Position numbers and translations under genes: made by a program
Notes under the pieces: model-generated
Database searches by the model: none
Seen by the model: the letters and a program-made list of their open reading frames with translations, nothing else
Told to the model about the DNA's origin: nothing
DNA from: Cenarchaeum sp.
GTDB lineage: Archaea > Thermoproteota > Nitrososphaeria > Nitrososphaerales > Nitrosopumilaceae
DNA: 64,000 nt
Assembly: GCA_965212015.1 (NCBI GenBank)
Contig: OZ243037.1
Coordinates: 1,088,001 to 1,152,000 of the forward strand
Direction of reading: 5' to 3'
Part shown: positions 42,601-52,400 of the stretch, piece after piece
Position numbering within the stretch: the stretch's first letter is position 1
How the letters are laid out: every line of letters begins with the position of its first letter

Positions 42601-44631
42601 GTCACCTTTTTGGCCATAGCTAAAGAAGTCGATTGCTATAGGATACATAGCTGTAGGAACGGCTGTATTAAAGCCAATTATGCTAACATCCAGATCGGGG
42701 TCAAAACTATCGTCTCGCGTAATATCGAGGTCAATTATTTCAAGTAGACCTTGATATCCCGTAGGATTATTATCGTTAGCATCCTGTAGAAGTATGTCTG
42801 TAGCAGTACCAGTGGTGTTTGAGAGAGTGAACGAGATCGCAGGGTTGGGAGGACTATTCTCAATCGTTCCGAATGAACGAAGATCATAGTTCAAGAAGTG
42901 GTGTACCGTATCGTCGGAATCTTCATCAAAGAAGTCAGTCAATACCGTGCTGTCATCATCTCTGTTGAATGTGATATCCAAAGCGTCAGAATTGCTAATC
43001 GGAGTATCAACTTCGATTATCATCCTGTCACTAAAGCTATCAACAGTAAAGCCATTGGTAACGGCACGGCCAGCGGCATCATCTACTCGTAACACTATAG
43101 TTGTGCCATCAAAGTTAACGTCATCCATATCAACACCCAGTGTTACCGGGGTTCCAATTCTAACGCTTGGAATCAGTGAAACGTTTGCGTCAAATAGATC
43201 CAGGTCCTCGTCGACCAGACTGTTTCTGTTCATGTCGCCGTCTGTGAGTGTGATCGATATCTGTTCACCAGAGTTCCACGCATCGCCTACTCCATCCTTG
43301 CCAAAGGCTATGTCACCAAAGTAATGGGTAACAAAGATTGACTTTTCTGAGAGGTTGTAATCAATGCTTGCACTGGTTCCTCTAGGTGCATTACCAACAA
43401 CAACAATGTTGGCTATGTCGCCTTCATCGGTGTTTTTGAATATGCCAGAGTTTCCCTGAGTTTCAGTCACGGTTACCGGACGTGTAAGCTCAGCTACATC
43501 AGTAGCAGTATTTTCGTCATCAATTAGAGCTGTTGCATCAATGGTGTCGCCATTTAGTACCTGATCTTCGTTGTCTTGTAGAGCAAGTAGACTATCATCG
43601 GTTGTTGCTGGATCACCATCAAACTCAACACCCTGTTTGTTCGGATACAGTATCAATGCTCCATTGTCGTCAAAGTTCAGAGAACTTAGTGGAGTCAAGT
43701 TTGGATTACTCGTTGCAGTAGAAGCCAGTGCTTCACCATTCTCATCGAATAGTTGGTATCTAGTTGTAGTACTTCCAGGTTCAGTTCCAAATGTCCAAGA
43801 GTCCTCGTCAGTTGGGTCGATGTTTAGCTGTAGATCAGTTATGGTAAAGTGAACTGATGCTCCGGGTGGATAATCCTCCCTGTCTAGTGACAGGCCGGCA
43901 TATCCATCGGCATCATCCAAGTATACCAAATCAATCTGTTGTTCTCCGCCACCCTTGTTGTACTTTACCTCGATGGTTCCATCTACGGCAAAGTTAAACA
44001 ATTGAATGGAAGGAAATTCGCCAGGTACTAGACCGACTTGTCCAAGAGTTACTGTAGCTGGTTCATCACTGGTAGGTGTTTTTTCTTCTCTGAGAACATT
44101 TTGTTTGTCAACAGCATCAGCAGCATCAGTATAACCAGCACAACTGGCAGTTGTATCCTCGAAGAATACACCGTCAGTATCAGCATAGCTAGTACCACTA
44201 GGTTCATCAACACTAAGTGCATCAGCTTGTTCTGCAGTACATTCGTCACCAAAGTCCAATGATTCACCAGGAATTGCAACCATACCATCAGCAGCTTGTG
44301 CCATACTTCTTTCTGCAAAGTACGCATACCAGTTGCCGTCAGTTGCCTGTACCATCTGTATGTCTTGTCCATTGACCGTCACGTCTGGTTCGGATTCTAG
44401 CGAGTCTACATCCTTCAAGTCAGGATCGTTGACTACAATCTCGACGACCATAGGGCCGGCAATGCTGTTGTCAAACAGTGAGTTTTCCGCAGAAACGAAC
44501 AGGTTTTCGGTAGCTGCATGTGCGACCGGCGCGCCAGGAATGGCAAACGTCAGTCCACCTGCAACCATTATCGTCATTATTATTAGACTAGTTGTTTTTC
44601 GTATTTTGTCGTTATGTATTTTGTCTTTCAT
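39619..44631 (-). CDS. Nitrosopumilus-type S-layer protein (SlaA-like), 1670 aa
   Basis: Signal peptide RKTTSLIIMTIMVAGGLTFAIPG, LFVSAENS, repeated ETG..TGIF.G units and C-terminal FAWESVSNPTALSP. ATG 44631 sits just downstream of a TATA box. Confidence 0.9.
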   Translation of the reverse strand: MKDKIHNDKIRKTTSLIIMTIMVAGGLTFAIPGAPVAHAATENLFVSAENSLFDNSIAGPMVVEIVVNDPDLKDVDSLESEPDVTVNGQDIQMVQATDGNWYAYFAERSMAQAADGMVAIPGESLDFGDECTAEQADALSVDEPSGTSYADTDGVFFEDTTASCAGYTDAADAVDKQNVLREEKTPTSDEPATVTLGQVGLVPGEFPSIQLFNFAVDGTIEVKYNKGGGEQQIDLVYLDDADGYAGLSLDREDYPPGASVHFTITDLQLNIDPTDEDSWTFGTEPGSTTTRYQLFDENGEALASTATSNPNLTPLSSLNFDDNGALILYPNKQGVEFDGDPATTDDSLLALQDNEDQVLNGDTIDATALIDDENTATDVAELTRPVTVTETQGNSGIFKNTDEGDIANIVVVGNAPRGTSASIDYNLSEKSIFVTHYFGDIAFGKDGVGDAWNSGEQISITLTDGDMNRNSLVDEDLDLFDANVSLIPSVRIGTPVTLGVDMDDVNFDGTTIVLRVDDAAGRAVTNGFTVDSFSDRMIIEVDTPISNSDALDITFNRDDDSTVLTDFFDEDSDDTVHHFLNYDLRSFGTIENSPPNPAISFTLSNTTGTATDILLQDANDNNPTGYQGLLEIIDLDITRDDSFDPDLDVSIIGFNTAVPTAMYPIAIDFFSYGQKGDGVAPGDRINNAIYRLELEESGDNTGVFIGSLEFLMLNQLNVNDTASYIPNLDVISDDAEMIIHNDLTDEDSVRINYLDLGEDGVATQVADQVEAPTHSGVVSFDSNNYKIADTVTVTLEDPDLNTDVEVRDIFTVVSSGDNQDMVGTTDDRTLNLGRLLDITFNDELWTNAANDFNDNMPCDINRSDGSDDGLGATGFTMAETTKASGIFTGTFQIPTVYCQNNGEYTSTTGVDLEVNYVDYRDLSGEIIEVGDSAGIRANTGSVSFDRTVFPVPFGVIEDFNESTSSTPGDRSIFPVHLAGIRDNGIQADETIQRGDLTIHVRVNDPDYDISGSGEDMIAEEARHGPIQVSVSRGSNTVILATAGANETNGDRLTVGTERATDQYEFGPIAEIAPDAGIFELDLPVRYTDGPHSNDCPNTDSFVNVENGTRNASSNIRFNVTDGTDGDDFCILQGDILTVEYTDPTDASGNPNTVTDSATFDLRNGILQSDKSAYIIGGDMILTLIEPDFDLENDERETYTLDLIEWDSDDATLSMGELGESAADFDPEPSAFRETGDSTGIFQVVIEIPESLQQSNLDRGEAIELEYTDWGPSGANYVGDEDEDVNLTVLTSNFGATIELDQKVYTWTDKVYITILAPDHNFDSDLIDEIGETSEDVVRVNTGEGDLDQYRLTETGPDTGIFTGEVILIGFRHDADGDGINDRTGDQPDGYESDGRGPTDGLLAATEDDGVTVSFEFSEDETVIGSSLIRWNLGEVSWLEASYAASSTGTVRVIDPDMNWNPESVDNFDVDVRSDSDSGGIDLTVTETNQATGIFEGTVTFSLTEDSSGHRLRVAEGDTVKAEYDDNTLPDLPDRNYSPTDEVQITGTTFIGTIVPPLERLVITDPRVVDGQGNPLASISVDTRVHFEADLTSGQDKEQDYAYLVQIEDANGVIIKLDWSGGVMPAGGSQNAAQSWIPDTPGAYTVTMFAWESVSNPTALSPKAVIDINVV

Positions 44632-44649
44632 GTTCTTAATTTTGGGTCT

Positions 44650-44903
44650 CAATTTTACTATATAAGGGTTCAGGACGATTGATTCATCCAAGTAGGCATG
44701 GCATCTGATGGTATGGCACAATTTTACTAGATAAGGGTTCAGAATGATTGGTTCATCCAAGTAGGCATGGTATCTGATGGTAACAGGTTAGGTTCAAGAG
44801 GGATATTTGGATCTGCAGGCACGGGACCTAACCGGATGCATCTGATGGTATGGCACAATTTTACTAGATAAAGGTTCAGAATGATTGGTTCATCCAAGTA
44901 GGC
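44650..44903. repeat. Three copies of a roughly 69-bp S-layer promoter-region unit, interrupted by an IS66-like end (44780-44836)
   Basis: AATTTTACTA(T/G)ATAA(G/A)GGTTCAG...TTCATCCAAGTAGGC repeated at about 44650, 44720 and 44857; the insert matches 32855-32908 in reverse. Confidence 0.8.
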
Positions 44904-46141
44904 GTACACACTGCCGGATGCGATCCAAAGTTCACGCGATCAGACGGTCCGGACAGAGTTTCCGGCCGATCAGGCTTTACGAATCGCGCGCCACGCCGGT
45001 TTATTCTGGGAATCATCCACACACAAAACGAGTCTGCGGATGTAATGCCGTCACAATCCGGATCAACTGAACACAATTCCGGAAATCTTTTGTATTTTTG
45101 GCCCGCATGACACACCGATTCCCAAGTGATGTTCTGCGCCACGCCGCCGATGCATGCTAGACTCGCCACAATTTTTCGTACACGGTCAGCACACATCAAA
45201 AGCATATTTATAAAATCACATACAGGACTGTAATATATCGTACGCCATAAATCCCACACCAGAGCCATTCCCGTCTTGCCACATAAAAACTTGACATACA
45301 TGTCACCGTGACAAAACCGGCACAATCCCCGCCAATACAGCACACGGTATTCCCATCACCCCAAACTTTGGGCCACATATGGCATATTTTTATTCTCGTG
45401 CTGCTGATTTGTATTCCCGTCTAACCCAGAATATTTTGGTATTCCGGCAGGCCGGACGTTGGCTTTGGGCGGATCTTTTTGAACGGCAGAATCCCCTGTC
45501 AACGCATGCCGTAACCTTGTCTCTGGCGTTCCTGCTTTACGTTACCCCGTGTATCAATTGTTGCGGATATTGCAAGATTGTGTAATCCCGGTTGCAAGGA
45601 CCGGTCTGATGTGATCGGCTGCAGCGGTGTTCGGTGTATGGTTTTTCCCTCAGGAATGGTATTTTGTGGCAAATGCAAACTGTTGCCCTACGAACATGTG
45701 TGTTCCATGTGTGATCATTCCCGGTTTCCAGTCCAAACCAGATCATTTATCCCACATCTTGGCAATCTTGCAACCGGCAAAAATTCCATCATACGGGTAC
45801 AATTCAAAGTTCGTACGACTCGAACAGGTAGACAGAATTCCCATTGGTCAAATCAGATTTCATTGTTTTAATCCTGTACAAATTTTTTTACGTATATCCG
45901 TACCACGGTACAATCGTGCCGGCTTTTCTGGGATCATTCCGGATCCCAGGCAGGATCTGCCGGCAAGCCGTACGATCAAGGAGGGTTTGCTCCAACAAGA
46001 TTTGTTTTTCACGGATCTTTCTGGCCTCTGATGTTTTCTGTGTGTTTTTTCCAAGTCTTCCATACACAGTTTGGACTGGACTATGACACGGAAAGAATTA
46101 TGCCGTTGTTAAAAACCCGTAGCGATTCGCGAGTTTGCCGA

Positions 46142-46326
46142 GTCTGCACATACTGGTAATTGGGTCACTAGTCATGTGGATTGTGGCCGGCCAGAGCCGG
46201 CCTTGGCGTATGATCCGGCCAGAGACGCCGGTCAGAATGATGCCGAGTAGGCGGGCCGGCCAAAGCCGGCCCGACGGTGTGGTGGAACGGGGCTCCCGTC
46301 GGGGAGCCCCGAGGAAAGACGTTGAG
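46142..46326 (+). ncRNA. Candidate structured non-coding element, copy 2 (with an internal insertion)
   Basis: Homologous to 20140-20256 with covarying stems. Confidence 0.4.
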
Positions 46327-46811
46327 GGACGAGTCAGAGTTCGTTGTTGGTGGATTTGTGAGGTAACTGCGAACTTGTCCTTGCAAACGTGCGTGCGTGG
46401 GGGATATCAGGCACGTCTCTTTGTGCACATTGTGCGCAACCATTGTGTATTTTGTGCACACAGAAAGTGCACTTGGTGCACCCAGTGTACGCAAGAGCTC
46501 TTTGCGCACCCTCACGTGGCTCTTTGTGCTCTTTTTACCCAAAGTTGATCTGCGGCAGCATGTACGAAAATCAAAGATAAATCGGAAACAGATTCCATGC
46601 TGCAAGCCAATGCTCGTTACCCGCAAATTTCCCGCGCCCCAGGAACAACCAATTCCCAAACGGGGCTGGCAGAATCCAAGGTATCGGCCAAGGAACGGCT
46701 CGGGGAATACTACCAGAGGTCGTAGGCCAGAAAGATTCGTGGAAAATCCCAGACAAAAACCCGGATAACACCTAGTCAGATGGCCTTTGTGATTGGGACG
46801 GGGTCATCAGA

Positions 46812-48188
46812 AGATGTGATGCGTAATCGATCAACTCATGACGTCTTTACAGAACTGGCACATGATCAACACGCGTTAAGTTACAAAACATGACAAAGTA
46901 CGGTCTGTAACACACAAAAAACACACAATTTCACAAAATCATGCGCAAAAATACAGCGCTTCAGGCGCCCCGTATTGTATGATCAAAATCCGTACTTGAG
47001 ACGTTCCCGTCGCTCATCCCACAGCAGATCAAAGTTTGCAAGACCCGTCACCACTTGTAAATCCCTGTAAAATTCCGCATCAGTGCCGACATACAGATGA
47101 ATCAATACTTTGTACAGCTTTAGAAGCCTTATGGCGTGCTCTACTTTTATTCTAATGTTGCTGATTCTTCTGTTTTCATTTTTTTGTGTGCTGTTTAGCT
47201 CGGCGCATTTTGGTTTTTTGGTGGGCTTTTGGACGTTGGCGCCGGGCAGATCTCCCTCGATGGCCTGGTATCCCTTGTCCACGTATACCGTAACTTTGTC
47301 CTTTTTTGCCGCATTCTTGTCTTTCATGCTCTTGCTCAACGGTCCGAGATTGATGTTGTTATATTGGAACATCTTGAGATCTTGCATCGATCCCGGCACA
47401 GGTTTTCCTGTCGTAATAACCAGCTTGTCGCGATTAGCCACTATGGTGGTGTTTAGCGTGTGCTTTTTTTTATTGCCGGAATAGTAATCCTTGCTGGCAT
47501 CAGGATCTGACGGCCGCTCTATGGGCGTGTGCGTGCCGTCTATGTACAGCTCGCCCCCGTTGCTGCCCGGAACCAGATGTTTTATCTCCTCGATACTTTT
47601 TGCATTCTGTATCTTTTTGGCGATTTTTTCTGCAGTCGGAAGAATCTCCAACAATATTGTTCTGGCAAATTCTAGATATCGCGATATCGTGCTCTGATCC
47701 ACCCCGAATATCGGCATGAGCTCGTACTGGGATATGCCAAGCTTTTCTTTCATCATTATCAACAGCAGTACGTGCCGAATGTGCAGCTTGCACCTGTTTC
47801 CGGGATAGAATCTGTCATCTGAAAACAAGGGGGCGTCCGGATCGGCCTTGACCTTGCGCGTGAATTTTTCCAGGATGTAATTGAACTGTTTGGGATTCTT
47901 TTTTGTAGTGTGATATAGCATGGTCGGATTGGCGATAAACTCGTCAAGCAACTCGCACCTGTGCATGATTTTTGACTTTTTCGGCTTGTTACGCCTGTCC
48001 GCATTCTCGTCAGCATACCACAGATCGTCTTCCTTGTAGAGTTTTTTCTCCAGACTTTTGATCACTTGCTGTTGCCTGTATATGATCTGATCCTTGGATT
48101 CTGTCATCAGATATGTGCGGCATACACGTGCGATCTAAAGTTGTTGGTTGAATATAGTCTTAAATTTAGTCAATTATGCATCACCTCT
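46812..48188 (-). mobile_element. Complete IS5-family element, 1377 bp, copy 2 (transposase 46983-48107)
   Basis: Same TIRs and identical protein as copy 1; own 3-bp TSD AGA at 46809-46811 and 48189-48191. Confidence 0.92.
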
Positions 48189-48418
48189 AGAGCATATTCT
48201 GCCCCCGGATGGAATAATCCGGACTCGTCTCGTCCTCGGCAGTCCTGCCCCGTCCTTTTAGGGGCCCGTCTCAGGCGCTTTTGGAACACCTCGCCGGGTA
48301 TGGCCCTGAGAAACTCGGCAAGATTACGCCCGTAGGCCCTCTGCGTCTCGGTGCTTTTTACCGACTCTATAAAGTTCGAATATGCGCTGTTTTGCATGTC
48401 TGCCATCTCTATGTTCAT
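48189..48418 (-). pseudogene. Possible N-terminal fragment of a thaumarchaeal tyrosine integrase
   Basis: AYSNFIESVKSTETQRAYGRNLAEFL resembles integrase N-terminal domains; no catalytic domain found. Confidence 0.35.
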
Positions 48419-48758
48419 GTATAGTGTACGGATCCTAGGCTATATTTGTCACTAAAAACAGGCGGGTCTAAGGGGATGGGTTAGTTTTTAGTGAAATTTC
48501 GTGCGTGGGTCCGAACACGGATTTGGCCACCTGATCGCTTTTGGGCCTGTTTCTGAGCCATTTTGACTGTAAATTTGGAAAGATCCGGGTTGAAAAGGTG
48601 ATTGGATGGAATCTTGGGCTACCGTGACTGGATCGTCCTGATTTTTCCCAAGTTTTGTGTTTGATTTTGAATCACAGAGATCGTGCCTAGGCCTAGATAA
48701 CTTTGCAGAATCGTCATAACTAAAGTATATTAATACACGCCGTAATATACTGTATAAC

Positions 48759-48914
48759 ATGAAAAACCCGGCTTTTGGTAATTGGAGTGAAGAGGAGACA
48801 AACTGGTCAGAAAAAGATACCGCCTTTATAACCCGTACTATGGACAAGAAAAACAAGGGCATTCGTACCAGTCTGAAAGAGATAATAGACAAGCACGAAT
48901 CATTACCATACTAG
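48759..48914 (+). CDS. Small protein (51 aa), putative antitoxin
   Basis: MKNPAFGNWSEEETNWSEKD...LPY; its stop abuts the next ATG. Confidence 0.4.
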   Translation: MKNPAFGNWSEEETNWSEKDTAFITRTMDKKNKGIRTSLKEIIDKHESLPY

Positions 48915-49178
48915 ATGATCATAGAAATAGATCCTGATTTTGACCAGAATCTGGAATATCAATTTTATAGTAGAAGACATATTGTCATAAATCTGATTAA
49001 AAAGATAATTAATGCATCAAATCTTGATGAACTGGAACATGTCTCGCCGTGTGTCAATATGAAAAACACCTATTTTATCCATGACAACATATGCAAGCTG
49101 TATTTTGAATATTTTCCCCAAGAGGATCGAATAAAAATATGGAATTTTACATTTACGACTATATCTACAAGCGTATAG
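48915..49178 (+). CDS. Putative RelE/ParE-fold toxin
   Basis: 87 aa with MIIEIDPDF start and C-terminal YFIH...KLYFEY...IKIW strands. Confidence 0.4.
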   Translation: MIIEIDPDFDQNLEYQFYSRRHIVINLIKKIINASNLDELEHVSPCVNMKNTYFIHDNICKLYFEYFPQEDRIKIWNFTFTTISTSV

Positions 49179-49420
49179 AATCTCATAAAATGAGATCTCA
49201 TTTTGCATGTTTATAGCTTGATTTTCTGCCATGTCACAGGCTAAAATATCGTGAAACCATCCGTATCAATTCGCCGTTTTTCCCTTGATGTCTGATGTTC
49301 AGCTCCGCCATCCGTTGCTCAAACTCTGAACACCCTTTTCGCTTGAGCTCTGCCGCATTTGCATAAAATGTGATCAGCATTGCGGTCGGTTTTCATGGTT
49401 CTTTATGACTTCATCGTAGG

Positions 49421-52400
49421 TTATGCCAGCCCCAGCCATCTCAGCAGTCCGGCAAACCAGTCAGAGGATTCCTCAACGGGCACGCATGTGCCATCAACAC
49501 TGTGCGTTCCAGAGCCGCATACAATCTCCGGCTTGGGATCAATTACGGGTTCCGGATCCACCTGTACAGGTGCGTCTGCAGGTAATGATTCGGCCTCTGC
49601 GGGTTCTGTCTCTGCCGGTTTTGGCGCTTCCTCTACAGGTTCGGGGATCTCGACTATAACCTCCGGTACGGGATCATCCCGTATTGGTGCGGGCTCTGGT
49701 ATCGCCTGGCATATGCCGCCGACACTGTGGGTTCCCGGCCCGCATGCCGGCTCTATTATACCGGGTATAAAGTAGGGCTCTGCAGGTGGTATAATTTTTA
49801 CAAAGTCGTGCGGCGATACGTCATAACCGGAGCACGGTGTGGCGTCTATGTCCTGGCCTGCAGATACTGAGAGGCCCTCGATGGATACGGATACGCTTAT
49901 CGTATCATGTGATGGAACGCCTACAGCATCAAATATTCCAAACGTCCTGCCCCCGGGCTCTGCCACATATCTTGATATGTCCTCATCAGACGTGACATCT
50001 TTTGCAGTTATTACGCTGCTGCCGGCCTGTATGGTGATGTCCATCTGTCTGCCGGAATATACCGAAGAGGCAACAACCCTGACGTTTCCTGTATCACCGC
50101 ACAGGTCATAGACTGTAAGGTGCGGCGCCAGTATGTGCGGAAATTCAGTCGTACCGGAATCCCTGGACGTATCGTCCCGTATTATGGACTGGCCCGTATC
50201 CACGTTTGTACGGCCGCCGCCCCCGCCTCCGCCGCCGCCCCTGGAGACAGAAGAGCTGCTGGGTGCGGGATTTGTATCAGGTGCGGTGCTAAACGTGCCA
50301 AAGGTGGTAAAGTGCCTGGTCAGTATTATCATGGAATCAGCATCCCTGAAAAAGCACTGGCCGTCCTGGCCTATCGGGGTGCCGCCTATTGCGGCATCGG
50401 TCGCACCGTCACACCGCGCGGTAATCTCGGTTCGTATCTGTCCCTGCTCTGCCCCAAAGTACGCCGTGTTGCCCTGCTCGCCCTGGAGCGATATGGATGC
50501 CGGCCTGTCAAGGGACAGCGTACCGTTTGTAATGCCGATCTCTATGCAGCTCTGGACGGTCTCCCTAGAGTTGAATGTAGGCGCGCACGTCTGGCGCGAT
50601 GCGGGAAGGCCAAATGTCCCGTCAAACTCGTCCTGCGCGCCCTCTATCATGGTAGAGCCGGCAAGGTTTAGCACCACGTCGTTCGTGCCCCTCTCCAGGG
50701 TCGCCGTAATCGGCAGGTTTGTAGTCACGTTTGTGATCCCGTTTATGGTCTGCGCAACCGGTTCATAGTCAAGCGTGCCGTTTATTCCCTGTGAAATGAG
50801 AATCTCGCTGATCTGTGCTTCATTCTCCGTAACAGGAAGATTCGATGACGTATCGTCCAGCTGTACGGGCACCTCAAAGGCGAGGGTTATCTGGCGCGAT
50901 ACCGGTGTGATCGGGTTTCCTGCCAAATCAGTCAGCGTATCGTCAATAGAGACCGATACCGGCAGGATATTATCGGTGGCAAGGCCCGGCAGCGTCAGCG
51001 GATTTGCAGATACGTCAAGTGTGAGGTATACCGGGTTTGTGGCAGGATGTTGTATGGGCGGGCCTGCAAAGTTGACTTCGGCTGTAACGCTAGAGTCAAG
51101 GTTTCCAGATACCGGCTCGCTGAACTCTAGCACTATAATATTGGGGGATGTGGCCCGTACCGTGAGCAATTCCGGCGCCGCAAGATCGCTTATTTGCACC
51201 TGCCGGGTGGCATCAACGGCTGCGTTTCCCGCCGCATCTGCCGGCGCTGAATATGTTATGGTATAGTCGCCCTCCGTATCGACGTCTACGTCGTGTGTGG
51301 CAGTGACCGTCCCATCATATGACGGGTCGTTATCGGTCACCTCGGCCCCGGGATCCGTAAATACGCCGCCAATGTTTACCTGTAACGGATTTTGTCCCGT
51401 AATGGTGATCTGCGGCGTCATTGTGTCATAAAACACAGAGTATGTGCCCGATGCCGCGTTGTTTTGCAGGCCGGAATCGACGTTCTCGCGCGGAATCGAC
51501 ACAGTTACGGTCCCGTCTGCCGACGGCGTGGCCGTAAACGTATACTCGAGACTATTTGACGGGTTTACCTCCGGTTCTGATACGACCGCATTGGTTGCCT
51601 CAATATCGCCTGCGACAAAGGCATCCGGTACGTCTTCAAACAGTACAGTAAACGGGACAGGCGATATACTGGTGGAATTGCCGTCGGGCACATCAGACGT
51701 TATGGTGACTGCAAAGGATGCGCTGTCTATCACCCGTACCGTACGCATGACGGGATCGGGTGTGTTCCCCGATGCGTCGGCAGGTGCGGAATACGTAACG
51801 GTATACTCGCCTGCCGTATTTGTATCGACATTGCCGGAGGCGGTGACCATACCGGTATAATCCGGATCATTGTCAGTCACCTCGGCTCCGGGATCTGTAA
51901 ACGGCAGGTTGATGCTGGTGATGAACGGATCGTCCTCGTTGATTGCAATTACCGGCCTTGTGGTGTCCTGTATGGTTACGGTCTCTGTTATGCTGTGCGA
52001 GTTTGGTGGAACTGATGCATCAGTCACGGTATATGTCACGGCAAACGTGCCAAGGCCCGAGACGTCAACGCCGCCCGTATCCGTCTCCTCGACGGTGGTG
52101 GTGGCATCGTCTATATCGGATATCGCAAGCGCCGCATACTCGTCTCCGAGCTCCACGGCGGTCTCAAAGTCACCCGAGTTGCCGCCCACCGTAAATGCGG
52201 GCGGGGTGGTATCAAATATTGCAATGTGCGGCTCGGAGGGGGCTATGAATGCGTTGCCTGCCAGATCCGTCAGCGTGTTATTGTGTAGGGTCAGCATGAC
52301 GGTTCCATCGGATGAGCCACGATCCACATGGGTGCTTATGCTGCCGCCAAGACCAGTCCTTATAACTGTGATTGTTGGGTCTCCGTCATTTGCAGTACCG

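Noticed and set aside
44632-44760. S-layer N-terminal extension in the ORF track (TTG 44760)
   Set aside because: It translates the duplicated promoter repeat; ATG 44631 gives the normal signal peptide and TATA spacing.
32855-44836. IS66-bounded element between the inverted ends at about 32908 and 44780
   Set aside because: The ends face away from each other and no TSD is visible; they are isolated fragments.
44650-44903. CRISPR array
   Set aside because: Units are about 69-bp tandem duplications without unique spacers. No cas genes or repeat-spacer arrays were seen anywhere in the window.
45100-46800. Several 60-160 aa ORFs
   Set aside because: No recognisable motifs and overlapping frames; the region appears to be decayed sequence partly homologous to 19940-20260 and 56110-56160.
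3384-48188. Composite transposon formed by the two inverted identical IS5 copies
   Set aside because: Each copy has its own matching TSD (AAT and AGA), which indicates independent insertions.
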